Below are positions 48,160-59,562 of a stretch of 64,000 nt of DNA, one piece after another. Numbering within the stretch: position 1 is the stretch's first letter; the number at the start of each line of letters is the position of its first letter. Source of the DNA: a virus; IMG/VR virus record IMGVR_UViG_3300044846_003008. One strand, written 5' to 3'. The notes beneath the pieces were generated by a model that was not told the origin of the DNA, made no database searches, and saw only the letters and a list, made by a program, of their open reading frames with translations. The translations under genes and the position numbers were made by a program.

Positions 48160-48897
48160 TTAGATTAAATTAAACCCTTCAATAATTCTTGGACTACCAT
48201 AATTCCATCCATTATCGTGAACAAACATTGGGGTAGTGTTAGTTAATTTATGTTTTAACATACCATTTTCATTTTCAAACCAATTTCTTGATGTTAGATA
48301 TGTACTTAAAAAATGTTGACACGTTTCATCTAATTCTATATTAGGTGAGAGATTATTAATAAAATAATAAGTATAAACTCCTTGGTCGCCTCCAAAATTT
48401 TTATAATTTAGAGGTAATACCGATTCAATAGATTTATCTAATAATTTAAGATATAATTCTTTAGTTGTTACTATAAGACCTGAATTCAAATAAATATTGT
48501 TATTTATATTCCACTCAGGGTAAGATGATATTGGACCCCAAGATGAATTATCATTTGGGTATTTATTTTTTTCTGATGAAAAAATTATACCATCATTATA
48601 TTTTAATTCATTAATATTGTCTAGACAAACAACATCATTGGTGTCACAATAAACAATAAGATTATCATCAATTTCAATTAATTTATCCTTGAATAATTTT
48701 ATCTTATAAAGAATAAATTCAAATTGATATCCATAATTGTTTTCAAATTCTTTTTCCAATTCAACATAATCATTTCGGTTGAAGTGTATGTTGATAAAAT
48801 CATTTTCATTATTTTTTTTAATAAACGACTTATATAGTATAGTGTTTTTATAATCAAAATGTGGGTCATAAGACCAAGTAACAGAAACTAACTTCAT
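48160..48897 (-). CDS. PLOD/LH3-type glycosyltransferase domain protein (paralog)
   Basis: 'VYCDTNDV', 'IFSSEKNKYP', 'YLNSGLIV', 'GDQGVY', 'FVHDNG'. Confidence 0.78.
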   Translation of the reverse strand: MKLVSVTWSYDPHFDYKNTILYKSFIKKNNENDFINIHFNRNDYVELEKEFENNYGYQFEFILYKIKLFKDKLIEIDDNLIVYCDTNDVVCLDNINELKYNDGIIFSSEKNKYPNDNSSWGPISSYPEWNINNNIYLNSGLIVTTKELYLKLLDKSIESVLPLNYKNFGGDQGVYTYYFINNLSPNIELDETCQHFLSTYLTSRNWFENENGMLKHKLTNTTPMFVHDNGWNYGSPRIIEGFNLI

Positions 48898-49610
48898 TCT
48901 TGTTCGTCTTTTGGGTATCCTTGTGTTATATATTCTTCATAATTTACATCAAAGAACCATAAATCACTATATGATGAATATTGTGTGGTTAATCCGAATT
49001 TATAACACATTGCTTTATATATTGTCGGTAAAACATCTAATGGTTGGTCTAAATTATAATAATCATACTTATCAGGATGAGTTACAACATCAACACCATA
49101 AGGTGCTAATGATAATAATTCATCGGGAGTTACGGGTTGACCAAAGAAATTAGTTTCACTAAAATTATCAATAATGAATTTACAAAAATCACGTTTAATT
49201 AAATATGATTGTGCGTAAGATACTGACGAAACTTGTAAGCAGTTATTTTTAACTTTAATTGGGTTTCGTCTATTTCTACAACCTAACCAAAACACGTCCC
49301 ATTCAGTGTTGTTAATATCATTAAAGATTTTATTACCATCCTCTTTTAATACATCTAAAAACAAGCAATCATCTTCTAATATTAATAATGTTTCAAAATC
49401 GGTTTCTAATAATTTTTCCATTAATTGTAGGTGACTTCGTTTACAATTTAAGGTGTTAGAATCATACCCCGAAAACGCGGAATGTCTCTCAACTCCCGAA
49501 ATATTGAAATCTATTAACTGAGACTCAATTTTTTCTTTCCTATCTTCACGTTTATCAAGATTTATATAAAAACCTATATCCGCAATTTTTATATCATTAA
49601 ATTTAACCAT
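48894..49610 (-). CDS. Glycosyltransferase family 25
   Basis: 'YINLDKREDR', 'C..SH', 'LILEDD', 'WDVFWLG', 'AQSYLI', 'QYSSYSD'. Confidence 0.85.
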   Translation of the reverse strand: MVKFNDIKIADIGFYINLDKREDRKEKIESQLIDFNISGVERHSAFSGYDSNTLNCKRSHLQLMEKLLETDFETLLILEDDCLFLDVLKEDGNKIFNDINNTEWDVFWLGCRNRRNPIKVKNNCLQVSSVSYAQSYLIKRDFCKFIIDNFSETNFFGQPVTPDELLSLAPYGVDVVTHPDKYDYYNLDQPLDVLPTIYKAMCYKFGLTTQYSSYSDLWFFDVNYEEYITQGYPKDEQE

Positions 49611-49615
49611 CTTTT

Positions 49616-50863
49616 TTACAAATTACCTGTTATTCTATCACCCCAACCTTTGGATTGACTATGTGGCCATACTACCCAATATTTTGGTTTGAGTGTTGTT
49701 TGGAACTCTCTCCATACTTTACAATATCCTTCAGGGTCATTCTTCATTCTATTTATTTCGTGAACGTCAGCGTCTTGTCTGTGAATTGTTTCATCATTTT
49801 CATCGTGAAAAGCGACAACCCAAAAGTCGTAATCATTTTCAGGGACTGAATCAAAACCAATATCAATACAATGTTTGAATATTGACGCGTAACTATTTAA
49901 CCATTCTTCCTCTGTTTCAAAAATTTGTGGGTTTGGTGGGTAATTTTTATCTAAAGTGTATTGTTGTACCGCTCTTTTTGAAAATAACAAACCTGAATAA
50001 ATTTCATACTCTTTTAATGTACGTTCAGTTCCGAAACCATAGATACCAAAATCTAATGTGACTTCTTCACCATCCATACCAAATAATTGTCTATTTTTAG
50101 AATGTGAAATGGTGTTTTTAGTCCCCCAATCTTTATCGTCATCCCATTGTTTTGTTCTACCTTTACGAGTATATTCGTGCCAAATCACAACTTTATGTGG
50201 GTGGAATAAATCATATCCGTGAGTATATGCTCTTGCCGCGATTGAGATTTCTTCTCCGTGGAAATAAAACTCAGGGTCGTGTTGAACTTCAGTACTGAAT
50301 TGACCAACACTGAATGCGAAATGTGCTGAATAAAATCTTGATGTTACAGGTTCTTTCAATTTCTCCCACCCAGGTATTGTTTCAGGTAAAAAGAATACGG
50401 CACCTTCAGGGATGAATCGGTCAAACACCATTCTCCAAGGTTCTCTAATACGTTCTGCCGGGTCATTCTCAGGGTTAAATGATGATACATAACCTGTTAA
50501 TAATGGTTTTGGGAAACCTTTCTTTTGTAATTGTTTAATCATTTTGATTAAAGTATCGTCCCAATCTTTTTCAAATCTCATATGAGAATCAATTTGTAAG
50601 GTATACTCTTCACCATCATATAATTGTTGTACTTGATTTCTCGCCCAACAAACACCTTTAGAATCTGAATATAAAACATCTAAAATTCTAAAACGTTTAT
50701 CTTTACGATAATCATCTAATGTGTCAAACCCATCTTCAGGATGGTATTGACGACAAATTCCAATTCTAAGGTTATTTGGTTTTTTCGCGTTAGTAATCAT
50801 ATCCTTAACCGTTTTTTCTAATTCGGGGTCACGATATGATGCAATTTGTACAAATATTTTCAT
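49616..50863 (-). CDS. GT60-like polypeptide/hydroxyproline alpha-N-acetylglucosaminyltransferase (Dictyostelium Gnt1/ModB family)
   Basis: 'IFVQIASYRDPEL', 'GICRQ', 'SKGVCWAR', 'LQIDSHMRFEKDWD', 'F.GEE...ARAYTHGYD', 'WHEY'. No signal or transmembrane anchor. Confidence 0.85.
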   Translation of the reverse strand: MKIFVQIASYRDPELEKTVKDMITNAKKPNNLRIGICRQYHPEDGFDTLDDYRKDKRFRILDVLYSDSKGVCWARNQVQQLYDGEEYTLQIDSHMRFEKDWDDTLIKMIKQLQKKGFPKPLLTGYVSSFNPENDPAERIREPWRMVFDRFIPEGAVFFLPETIPGWEKLKEPVTSRFYSAHFAFSVGQFSTEVQHDPEFYFHGEEISIAARAYTHGYDLFHPHKVVIWHEYTRKGRTKQWDDDKDWGTKNTISHSKNRQLFGMDGEEVTLDFGIYGFGTERTLKEYEIYSGLLFSKRAVQQYTLDKNYPPNPQIFETEEEWLNSYASIFKHCIDIGFDSVPENDYDFWVVAFHDENDETIHRQDADVHEINRMKNDPEGYCKVWREFQTTLKPKYWVVWPHSQSKGWGDRITGNL

Positions 50864-50952
50864 AAATTATTAGTTTTAATAATAATAAAGATTTATGAAA
50901 ATAAATAAAGTTGATTAATTAGAAAAATTATTCTCTATTCGTATAGTGGACC

Positions 50953-53900
50953 TCAAGTGTTAAAAAAACGACTACTTTCCGAATCATAGTTAGATTTGAC
51001 TTCAGTAGATGATAACTCTCGGTTATAAACTCTAAAGATTGAAATTGTCCCATCAAACCAATCGGTTCCACCGGTACGAACACCAATTTCTAATGGACCG
51101 TTGTTGGCTTGTACTAATAAGGTTTTAGTTATGTTATATCCCGCACTAACACCATTAATGTATGTATAATAACCTGTAGATGTCCATACACCGACTAAAT
51201 GAACCCATTGGGCTGCTATTGTTGTACCTGTACTAGCGTATGTGTCAACACCTCCGCCGGATTTAGCACCAATCATTTCTAAACGACCAAGTGAATCTAA
51301 CCTCATTCTAAACCCTTGATTACTATTTTTACTAAAAATTTCTGAGAAATTTTTAAACAAATCAGGTTTAACCCAAGCCTCAACAGAAACGGTGTTAGTA
51401 ATATTTGATAATGTTGAACCATTACCACAGATTATTTTTTGGTTAGTTCCGTTAAAACTAAACCCACCCATATTTGGTTTTAAGTATGTTGGGATTGTTG
51501 GATATATACTTGTATAAAAAGTACCATCGTTATTATTGTTTGTAATGTCAAATAATGCTGTACTTGAACTTGGCCAAGATAAATCTGACCCTGCATCATA
51601 CCAAAGAACTAAACCATCAGTTGTGATTGGGTAAACAGGTTCTGACCTAACAATACTTCTACTACTTGTGTAAACAGGGGTCCAAGGACTTGCAACTGAA
51701 CTAACAGGGTATATTGGGTCAACACTTGATAATCTAGAATATACGTCCCCTCCGGCTAATGTTGAAGATTGTATCCATAAATCATTGGGACTATCATACC
51801 AAACAACTGATTCTGTGGATGAATAATCCGTCGTTGGGATATTGTAAAAATCTCTACCACCATATGTTCCGTAATCTTCAGACCAAAGGTTTACATACGT
51901 TTCATTAGTGTAATCATATACTTCCCAATCCCAAGGTCTCGGTCTTGGGTATGGTGGAATACAATCAACAAACGTACAAAAATCAAAATAATTAACATTT
52001 AGATTCAAATAAATTGTGGATGATGGTGTGTGGGTAAATGAATAATATTGGTTACTACATCTTGACGTAAAATCCTCTGAGTTAAACCCGACACCCCATT
52101 GTATATTTGGGAAATACACGTCAATCACAGAACCAAACGCGGCGTTAAAACCTGCGGCGTAATTATAAAAACCTCCCATATCAGGTAAAATAACGGATGG
52201 TGAAGTAATCCAAGGTCCACCATTTATTCGGTAAACAACATTAGTAGAATCTGAATTAATACATTCAACCCCAAATGGTATATTAGTTTTGGCATAGATG
52301 TAAAGAGGACCACCACAATCATTACAATTTATAGGTGTTGTGCTACCACTTTTAGTGATAATAGGAGCGTTTGAAAGATTAAAATCCCATTTTTGGTATA
52401 TGGTATAACATTTACCATCGGTTCCTTTAATCATAGTACCAATTTTTGTTTGTGATGGTAAGTAAGCCTTAGGTACTAAATCATCGTTTGGACAGTAATC
52501 GAATTCCAACGGGGTTGTTATTTCTAAAGGTGATGGTGATTCATATAATGGATAGTAACATTGGTCTAAACAATACCAAGAATTAACTGTGTCATTATTA
52601 CATAATGTTAATGTTGCACTTGTCAATGAACCAAAATCACCACCTTGAAAATCTTGAATATATAATTTCCAAGTACCATTCGCACCACCACCACTTAAAC
52701 CGTCAAACGTAGTGAAATCAGGGTAATTACCGATAGTAAATGTTAATGATGCCGGAGATGCGAATGTCGCGTCTCTATAGGCGTAATTATCATTTTTAAA
52801 TGTCCCTGATGAATACCCATCCCACGCAAATCCGGTACTTGTTAAGGTAACCGTTGTATTAATAGCGTCACTACCGCCACCGTCACCTAAAGTTAATAAT
52901 GAATACTGACCTGTAGGTGATACTAAAACCATACCAACATCACCAACAAATGTGTGGTTATAATTTGTTAAAGTAATCTTAACGTCAGTTATTGGCGATA
53001 ATAACCCCTCAGTTGTAAAAGTTATTGGGTATACTGATGCAATACCTGAATTAGGTATGGTTATGTTAGTTTCGTTTGATGGGAAAACATAACAAAATAA
53101 ATTAGGTGTTGGTGTAGGTGTTGGTGTTGTCGTTTTTGTAGGTGTTACGGTTGGGGTGACAGTTCTTGTAGGTGTTACGGTTGGGGTGACAGTTCTTGTT
53201 GGGGTGACAGTTCTTGTTGGCGTTGGTGTAGGTGTTGGACAAATTCCACCACTACATAAACCTCTTCGATTTTTAAATGCTCCAAATAATCCTGATACGG
53301 TACTAACCCAACTTGATGAACATACACTAGCAGATTGTCCCGCATCAAGTGAGATTGTTGCAAAATTTCCTGAACAATCTATAAATGAAAATTCTCTACT
53401 AGAATCACCTATGGCTGATGCTACGCTTAAGTCCCAACAATAACAAGTGTTACAATATTGGCAAGACCCTAAAGCAGTTGCGGTTGCGGTTCCCAATATT
53501 TGAGGAATTGTACTTGAACATATCTCAAAATTTTCATTAAAAGCAGTAACCGTTAATGGGGAACTAAGGACATTAGTACAACAAGGTGTGAAAGTAACAA
53601 TGGCATCATCAACTAAAAAACCACCGGTGTAATTAATAAAATAACTAATACAAGGGGTTGTTGGTGTAGGGGTTTTTGTTGGTGTTGTCGTTTTTGTTGG
53701 TGTTACGGTTGGTGTTACAGTTCTTGTTGGTGTAGGTGTAGGTGTTGGGCAAATAAAACCACCTTGGTTACATTGGAAACAACCACTAACAGTGATATCG
53801 TTAAAAGGGTAAATATTAACTTGATTCCATACTTTAGTTTGGAGTCCTGCCGGATTGTTTAGGGTAATGTCATAACATTGACCTAACGTGTCAACTACCG

Positions 53901-56900
53901 TCCAAGAATTAAATCCTGTTGTTTGACTAATAAATGGTGTCCTATTAGTTGGTAATGACATTGCGAAAACTTGACCTGTACAACAACTAGCCACGGCAAA
54001 TAATGAATATGGTGTTGTTGGTGTCGGTGTCGGTGTTTTTGTCGGTGTTTTAGTTGGTGTGTTAGTTGGTGTTTTTGTTGGTGTTACGGTTGGTGTTTTT
54101 GTTGGTGTTGGTGTTTTTGTTGGTGTTGGTGTAACATTGACAGGACCAACATTATATACGTACCCTTCTAAGTTACAAAGGATTGGTTGTGGTGTTTTAG
54201 TTGGTGTCGGTGTCAGTGTTTTTGTCGGTGTATTAGTTGGTGTTTTTGTTGGTGTTGGTGTATTAGTTGGTGTTTTTGTTGGCGTATTAGTTGGTGTTAC
54301 GGTTGGAGTAACAGTTTTTGTTGGCGTATTAGTTGGTGTCGGTGTTGGACAAATAAATGATGTTGATTTTACCAATATAGTACCTGAAGAATCTTTAACC
54401 GCCACCCAATAAGTTGTTCCAAAAATTGAAACTCCGTAACCTATACTTGAAGTAGTAATCCAATTAGTGTTAGTTAATGCCTGAATTTGTGTTAAAAACA
54501 CTGATGCTCCCACTTGATATGGTGGAAAACCACCAACAATGTTGTTTAAACTCACTGTTGCGGTAGTCCCATTACACGAGGATGTTACGGTAAAATTAAG
54601 TGGTGGTCTTGTATTCGTTGGAGTATTGGTTGGTGTTGTCGTTTTTGTTGGTGTCACGGTTGGTGTCACGGTTGGGGTAGGAGTTTTAGTTGACGTTGGT
54701 GTTGGGGTTGGTGTAGGACAAGGATTTGTGATTAAACAAGAGTTACAGTTAAAATCCCCTCCAACAGGTGGAAACGCAGGTTTTGTATTATCCCAAATAA
54801 TTGTTGTTGGTAATGAAACGGGTGTAAGTATTTTATAACATTTACCATTAGTCGCGATTAAAACATAGTTTGTGTTTACGTATGGTGTTGGTACATTAAT
54901 TACTTCATAGGTTGGTGATGAAATTGGGTCACAACAAGCAATTGCGTATGCGGATGAGTAAAAAGTTGTTTGTGTTGGGGTATTAGTTGGTGTTTTAGTT
55001 GGGGTATTAGTTGGGGTATTAGTTGGTGATTTAGTTGGGGTATTGGTTGGTGTTACAGTTCTTGTTGGGGTATTAGTAGGCGTATTTGTTGGTGTTTTTG
55101 TTGGTGTGTTAGTTGGGGTTACTGTTCTAGTTGGGGTATTCGTAGGTGTATTTGTCGGGGTGTTCGTAGGGGTATTCGTAGGTGTATTTGTTGGGGTTAC
55201 AGTTCTAGTTGGGGTATTCGTAGGTGTTTTTGTTGGAGTGTTAGTCGGAGTATTGGTCGGAGTATTGGTCGGAGTAACAGTTCTTGTTGGTGTATTCGTA
55301 GGCGTTTTTGTTGGAGTGTTAGTCGGAGTATTGGTCGGAGTATTAGTCGGAGTAACAGTTCTTGTTGGGGTATTTGTAGGAGTGTTGGTAGGTGTTTTCG
55401 TAGGTGTATTTGTAGGTGTGTTGGTCGGGGTTTGAGTGTTAGATGGAGTGTTGGTTGGCGTGTTCGTAGGGGTTTTAGTTGGTGTCACAGTACTTGTTGG
55501 CGTGTTCGTAGGGGTTTTAGTTGGGGTATTTGTTGGAGTATTAGTTGGTGTATTTGTCGGTGTCTGTGTTATAGTTGGTGTGTTAGTTGGGGTATTTGTT
55601 GGGGTATTTGTTGGGGTTTTAGTTGGTGTGTTAGTTGGTGTAACGGTTCTTGTTGGGGTATTCGTAGGGGTTTGAGTTCTTGTGTTCGTTGGTGTGTTTG
55701 TTGGTGTATTTGTCGGAGTTTGAGTTCTTGTTGGTGTGTTCGTTGGGGTTAGAGTACTAGTCGGTGTGTTAGTAGGCGTTTCAGGTGGTGTTGAACCGGG
55801 TGTTCTTGTTGGTGTTGGGGTTTGAGTTCTTGTTGGTGTATTAGTCGGAGTGTTAGTAGGTGTATTAGTCGGAGTGTTAGTAGGTGTATTCGTAGGTGTA
55901 TTCGTAGGTGTATTAGTTGGTGTATTAGTCGGAGTTACAGTTCTTGTTGGTGTATTCGTAGGGGTGTTCGTCGGAGTATTTGTTGGGGTATTCGTCGGAG
56001 TGTTCGTCGGAGTTACTGTTCTTGTTGGTGTGTTCGTTGGTGTGTTTGTTGGTGTATTTGTAGGTGTGTTAGTAGGTGTATTAGTTGGCGTTACAGTTCT
56101 TGTTGGTGTATTTGTTGGGGTATTAGTTGGTGTATTTGTTGGGGTTACGGTTCTTGTTGGTGTATTCGTAGGTGTATTTGTCGGTGTATTCGTTGGTGTA
56201 TTTGTTGGGGTTACGGTTCTTGTTGGGGTGTTTGTTGGTGTATTTGTTGGTGTATTTGTGGGCGTATTAGTTGGGGTAACAGTACTTGTAGGTGTGTTAG
56301 TTGGGGTATTAGTTGGTGTGTTAGTTGGCGTGTTAGTTGGTGTGTTTGTTGGGGTATTAGTCGGAGTGTTTGTTGGTGTGTTAGTCGGAGTGTTAGTTGG
56401 TGTGTTAGTCGGAGTGTTCGTAGGTGTATTAGTAGGTGTATTAGTAGGTGTTACGGTTGGAGTTTGAGTTCTTGTTGATGTGTTAGTTGGAGTATTCGTA
56501 GGTGTGTTAGTAGGTGTGTTAGTTGGGGTATTCGTAGGTGTTTTTGTTGGTGTATTTGTCGGAGTATTAGTTGGTGTTTGAGTTCTTGTTGATGTGTTAG
56601 TTGGTGTATTTGTCGGGGTTGGTGTCAGTGTACTTGTCGGGGTTGGTGTTGGGGTTGGACAAGGGTTTGTTGATAAACAAGATGAACAATCAAATTCACC
56701 TCCAACAGGTGGGTATACTGGCTGAGTATCGTCCCATACAATTGTTGCTGGAATTGTTGTGATTGTAAGTACTTTATAACATTTACCATTAGTTGCAACT
56801 ACAACATAATTAGAATCAACACCCGCATATAACAATGGAACCCTAATTACTTCGTATATAGGTGATATGTCACAACAAGCGATAGCATATGCTAATGTGA

Positions 56901-59469
56901 ATGGTGTTGTTGAGGTTGGTGTTTGTGTTGGGGTTTTTGTCGGGGTATTAGTAGGGGTGTTTGTTGGTGTATTAGTAGGTGTGTTTGTTGGTGTATTAGT
57001 AGGTGTGTTAGTCGGTGTTTTTGTCGGTGTTACTGTTCTTGTTGGTGTGTTGGTTGGTGTTTGAGTTTGTGTTCTTGTATTAGTCGGTGTATTTGTTGGT
57101 GTTTTTGTTGGTGTTGGAGTTGACGTTGGCGTTGGTGTTGGGCAAATAAATCCACCTTGATTACATTGGAGACAACCACTAGTCGAATTATCGTTATAAA
57201 AATAGATATTAACGTTATTCCATACTTTAGTTGCCGGACCAAAAGGGGTATTTGGACTAATGTCATAACATTGTCCTAAAGTATCTACTACAGTCCAAGA
57301 ACTAAACCCGTTTATTGGGTCAAAATATGGTGTATAGATAGTCGGTAATGACATTACAAACTGAGACCCACTACAACAATTAATAACAACAAATAATGAA
57401 TGTGGCGTTGTTGGTGTTGGGGTATTAGTAGGGGTGTTAGTTGGGGTTACAGTACTAGTTGGGGTTACAGTACTAGTTGGTGTTTTTGTTGGCGTATTTG
57501 TTGGTGTGTTAGTAGGGGTGTTAGTAGGGGTATTAGTTGGGGTGTTAGTCGGAGTATTTGTCGGTGTTACGGTTCTTGTGTTAGTTGGAGTGTTAGTTGG
57601 AGTGTTAGTTGGAGTGTTAGTCGGTGTATTTGTTGGGGTATTAGTTGGTGTTACAGTTCTAGTTGGGGTTACAGTTCTAGTTGGGGTGTTCGTAGGAGTA
57701 TTCGTAGGGGTATTCGTAGGTGTATTTGTAGGTGTGTTAGTTGGCGTATTCGTAGGAGTGTTAGTCGGAGTATTGGTCGGAGTATTAGTCGGGGTATTAG
57801 TTGGTGTTACAGTTTTTGTTGGTGTATTTGTTGGAGTGTTAGTTGGGGTATTCGTAGGTGTGTTAGTTGGAGTATTTGTTGGTGTTACTGTTCTTGTGTT
57901 TGTTGGTGTGTTAGTAGGTGTGTTGGTCGGGGTATTAGTTGGTGTTACAGTTCTTGTTGGAGTATTTGTCGGGGTGTTAGTTGGAGTGTTAGTTGGTGTG
58001 TTGGTTGGTGTTACAGTTCTTGTTGGAGTATTTGTTGGAGTATTTGTTGGAGTATTTGTTGGGGTATTTGTTGGTGTTACAGTTCTAGTTGGGGTGTTTG
58101 TCGGTGTGTTTGTTGGCGTGTTAGTTGGTGTGTTAGTCGGGGTAACAGTTCTTGTTGCGGTATTCGTTGGAGTATTAGTCGGAGTATTCGTTGGAGTATT
58201 AGTCGGAGTATTAGTCGGAGTATTAGTTGGTGTATTTGTTGGTGTATTGGTTGGCGTATTTGTTGGTGTATTGGTTGGCGTATTTGTTGGTGTATTAGTC
58301 GGAGTATTTGTTGGGGTGTTAGTTGGAGTTTCAGTTGGAGTATTCGTAGGGGTATTCGTAGGTGTATTTGTCGGTGTATTTGTCGGTGTTTTTGTTGGCG
58401 TATTAGTCGGAGTATTTGTTGGAGTATTTGTCGGTGTATTAGTTGGGGTTTCTGTCGGAGTATTCGTAGGGGTATTCGTAGGTGTGTTAGTAGGAGTTTC
58501 TGTTGGCGTATTTGTTGGGGTATTCGTAGGTGTGTTAGTGGGAGTTTCTGTTGGAGTTGAAGTTGACGTTTTAGTCGGAGTATTTGTGGGTGTGTTAGTT
58601 GGAGTTTCTGTTGGTGTATTTGTTGGTGTATTTGTTGGTGTTGATGTTTGGGTACTGGTAGGTGTTTGAGTTTGAGTTTTAGTGGGCGTTGGTGTGGGTG
58701 TTGGGCACGTATAAATTGGATTAAATGTGAAACAAGTTGCACAATCAACCATTGAGCCCATTGAAATGTGTTGGTAAATATTTGTTGACGTTGTTGAAGG
58801 TATTGATTCAGCACAACCAACAAACCCATTTGTTGATATGAAATAACTTCCGGATAATGGATAAAAACTATAAGGTATCTTAGAAATTGTGAATTCATTA
58901 TAAGGTGAACAACAATTTCTAAACTTACCAACAATTGGTGGTAATGTTGGTGTTGGCGTTGGGGTTGGGGTTTGAGTTGGTGTTGGTGTTGGGCAACCAT
59001 TAGCGTCGCACCTTACTGAATAAACTACAGTTCCGGGCTCATCAATCGTGACGTTATATCCGCAGAAATATAAGATGGTGTTTGGTAAAATTTGTGAAGA
59101 AATTTCGGTCCCATTACATAATGTTAAACTATAATTTAAATTTTCACTTTTTGGGTTGATAATTGAAATACAACGACATTTAGCGGGTGTGCTGGTCGGT
59201 GTACTAGTCGGTGTTAATGTTGGTGTCGGTGTTGGTGTTATGTCACAAGGTAACAATAACATTTCTTCACAATTATTAGCGTCCGTTGCGATAACTAAAA
59301 CCTCACCAAATAATTCGATACCTCCAAATTCAGGAACTTGGAGAGTTAACGTTGGAGGCACGGAAACAACACCTGTAATAACCTTACTACAATAAGTTCT
59401 TGTCTTATCGCAGATTATTATCTCATAAGGTGAATGACCCGTTAAACTTGTTATCTGAACTACACTCAT
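50953..59469 (-). CDS. Giant mucin-like virion fibre protein: TPTN repeats, Cys-rich modules, proprotein-convertase P-like domain, C-terminal LamG/ConA-like domain
   Basis: 2838 aa. Long (T-P-T-N/R/K/E/V) tracts. P-domain '[16 protein letters not shown]...LVSPTG...[10 protein letters not shown]...G.L' at about 52600-53070. LamG 'GLVLWYDAG...SVEAWVK...WVHLVGV...YINGV...[14 protein letters not shown]' at about 50960-51620. No signal peptide. Confidence 0.85.
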   Translation of the reverse strand: MSVVQITSLTGHSPYEIIICDKTRTYCSKVITGVVSVPPTLTLQVPEFGGIELFGEVLVIATDANNCEEMLLLPCDITPTPTPTLTPTSTPTSTPAKCRCISIINPKSENLNYSLTLCNGTEISSQILPNTILYFCGYNVTIDEPGTVVYSVRCDANGCPTPTPTQTPTPTPTPTLPPIVGKFRNCCSPYNEFTISKIPYSFYPLSGSYFISTNGFVGCAESIPSTTSTNIYQHISMGSMVDCATCFTFNPIYTCPTPTPTPTKTQTQTPTSTQTSTPTNTPTNTPTETPTNTPTNTPTKTSTSTPTETPTNTPTNTPTNTPTETPTNTPTNTPTNTPTETPTNTPTNTPTNTPTNTPTKTPTNTPTNTPTNTPTNTPTETPTNTPTNTPTNTPTNTPTNTPTNTPTNTPTNTPTNTPTNTPTNTPTNTPTNTPTNTATRTVTPTNTPTNTPTNTPTNTPTRTVTPTNTPTNTPTNTPTNTPTRTVTPTNTPTNTPTNTPTNTPTRTVTPTNTPTNTPTNTPTNTRTVTPTNTPTNTPTNTPTNTPTNTPTKTVTPTNTPTNTPTNTPTNTPTNTPTNTPTNTPTNTPTNTPTNTPTRTVTPTRTVTPTNTPTNTPTNTPTNTPTNTPTNTRTVTPTNTPTNTPTNTPTNTPTNTPTNTPTKTPTSTVTPTSTVTPTNTPTNTPTPTTPHSLFVVINCCSGSQFVMSLPTIYTPYFDPINGFSSWTVVDTLGQCYDISPNTPFGPATKVWNNVNIYFYNDNSTSGCLQCNQGGFICPTPTPTSTPTPTKTPTNTPTNTRTQTQTPTNTPTRTVTPTKTPTNTPTNTPTNTPTNTPTNTPTNTPTKTPTQTPTSTTPFTLAYAIACCDISPIYEVIRVPLLYAGVDSNYVVVATNGKCYKVLTITTIPATIVWDDTQPVYPPVGGEFDCSSCLSTNPCPTPTPTPTSTLTPTPTNTPTNTSTRTQTPTNTPTNTPTKTPTNTPTNTPTNTPTNTPTNTSTRTQTPTVTPTNTPTNTPTNTPTNTPTNTPTNTPTNTPTNTPTNTPTNTPTNTPTNTPTNTPTSTVTPTNTPTNTPTNTPTNTPTRTVTPTNTPTNTPTNTPTNTPTRTVTPTNTPTNTPTNTPTRTVTPTNTPTNTPTNTPTNTPTNTPTRTVTPTNTPTNTPTNTPTNTPTNTPTRTVTPTNTPTNTPTNTPTNTPTNTPTNTPTNTPTNTPTRTQTPTPTRTPGSTPPETPTNTPTSTLTPTNTPTRTQTPTNTPTNTPTNTRTQTPTNTPTRTVTPTNTPTKTPTNTPTNTPTNTPTITQTPTNTPTNTPTNTPTKTPTNTPTSTVTPTKTPTNTPTNTPSNTQTPTNTPTNTPTKTPTNTPTNTPTRTVTPTNTPTNTPTNTPTKTPTNTPTRTVTPTNTPTNTPTNTPTKTPTNTPTRTVTPTNTPTNTPTNTPTNTPTNTPTRTVTPTNTPTKTPTNTPTNTPTRTVTPTNTPTKSPTNTPTNTPTKTPTNTPTQTTFYSSAYAIACCDPISSPTYEVINVPTPYVNTNYVLIATNGKCYKILTPVSLPTTIIWDNTKPAFPPVGGDFNCNSCLITNPCPTPTPTPTSTKTPTPTVTPTVTPTKTTTPTNTPTNTRPPLNFTVTSSCNGTTATVSLNNIVGGFPPYQVGASVFLTQIQALTNTNWITTSSIGYGVSIFGTTYWVAVKDSSGTILVKSTSFICPTPTPTNTPTKTVTPTVTPTNTPTKTPTNTPTPTKTPTNTPTKTLTPTPTKTPQPILCNLEGYVYNVGPVNVTPTPTKTPTPTKTPTVTPTKTPTNTPTKTPTKTPTPTPTTPYSLFAVASCCTGQVFAMSLPTNRTPFISQTTGFNSWTVVDTLGQCYDITLNNPAGLQTKVWNQVNIYPFNDITVSGCFQCNQGGFICPTPTPTPTRTVTPTVTPTKTTTPTKTPTPTTPCISYFINYTGGFLVDDAIVTFTPCCTNVLSSPLTVTAFNENFEICSSTIPQILGTATATALGSCQYCNTCYCWDLSVASAIGDSSREFSFIDCSGNFATISLDAGQSASVCSSSWVSTVSGLFGAFKNRRGLCSGGICPTPTPTPTRTVTPTRTVTPTVTPTRTVTPTVTPTKTTTPTPTPTPNLFCYVFPSNETNITIPNSGIASVYPITFTTEGLLSPITDVKITLTNYNHTFVGDVGMVLVSPTGQYSLLTLGDGGGSDAINTTVTLTSTGFAWDGYSSGTFKNDNYAYRDATFASPASLTFTIGNYPDFTTFDGLSGGGANGTWKLYIQDFQGGDFGSLTSATLTLCNNDTVNSWYCLDQCYYPLYESPSPLEITTPLEFDYCPNDDLVPKAYLPSQTKIGTMIKGTDGKCYTIYQKWDFNLSNAPIITKSGSTTPINCNDCGGPLYIYAKTNIPFGVECINSDSTNVVYRINGGPWITSPSVILPDMGGFYNYAAGFNAAFGSVIDVYFPNIQWGVGFNSEDFTSRCSNQYYSFTHTPSSTIYLNLNVNYFDFCTFVDCIPPYPRPRPWDWEVYDYTNETYVNLWSEDYGTYGGRDFYNIPTTDYSSTESVVWYDSPNDLWIQSSTLAGGDVYSRLSSVDPIYPVSSVASPWTPVYTSSRSIVRSEPVYPITTDGLVLWYDAGSDLSWPSSSTALFDITNNNNDGTFYTSIYPTIPTYLKPNMGGFSFNGTNQKIICGNGSTLSNITNTVSVEAWVKPDLFKNFSEIFSKNSNQGFRMRLDSLGRLEMIGAKSGGGVDTYASTGTTIAAQWVHLVGVWTSTGYYTYINGVSAGYNITKTLLVQANNGPLEIGVRTGGTDWFDGTISIFRVYNRELSSTEVKSNYDSESSRFFNT
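53100..59240 (-). repeat. Degenerate 12-bp coding tandem repeats ([12 protein letters not shown]) in several blocks
   Basis: Plus strand shows units such as GTTGGTGTATTA/GTAGGTGTGTTA/GTCGGAGTATTT. Main blocks at about 54010-54350, 54965-56660, 56905-57140 and 57400-58710, with third-position variation between units. Confidence 0.95.
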
Positions 59470-59562
59470 TATTTAAACATAAATACCATTTATATTTGTT
59501 ATTTTTTAATACATTTATAAAAAATAACTGATAATTTTTAAAATTAAATGAACAATCTAATC

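Noticed and set aside
39931-50863. Eukaryotic giant virus (NCLDV) origin, suggested by PolB, SNF2, PLOD/GT25/GT60 and mucin genes
   Set aside because: Contractile tail, baseplate and neck genes, sigma70-type promoters, intrinsic terminators and coupled operons indicate a tailed phage of prokaryotes.
53156-58669. Long plus-strand ORFs of (VGVL/VGVF)n and (CISW/RCIR)n
   Set aside because: They are antisense and off-frame shadows of the TPTN repeat, which happens to lack stops. They begin and end with the repeat blocks and have no independent start context.
54965-58710. Repeat array as CRISPR, iteron or telomere-like DNA
   Set aside because: There are no unique spacers and no cas genes. Variation is concentrated at synonymous positions of an in-frame coding repeat.
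50953-59469. N-glycosylation of the Asn-rich repeats, or collagen-like structure
   Set aside because: The repeat gives N-T-P, not N-X-S/T, and there is no Gly-X-Y periodicity.
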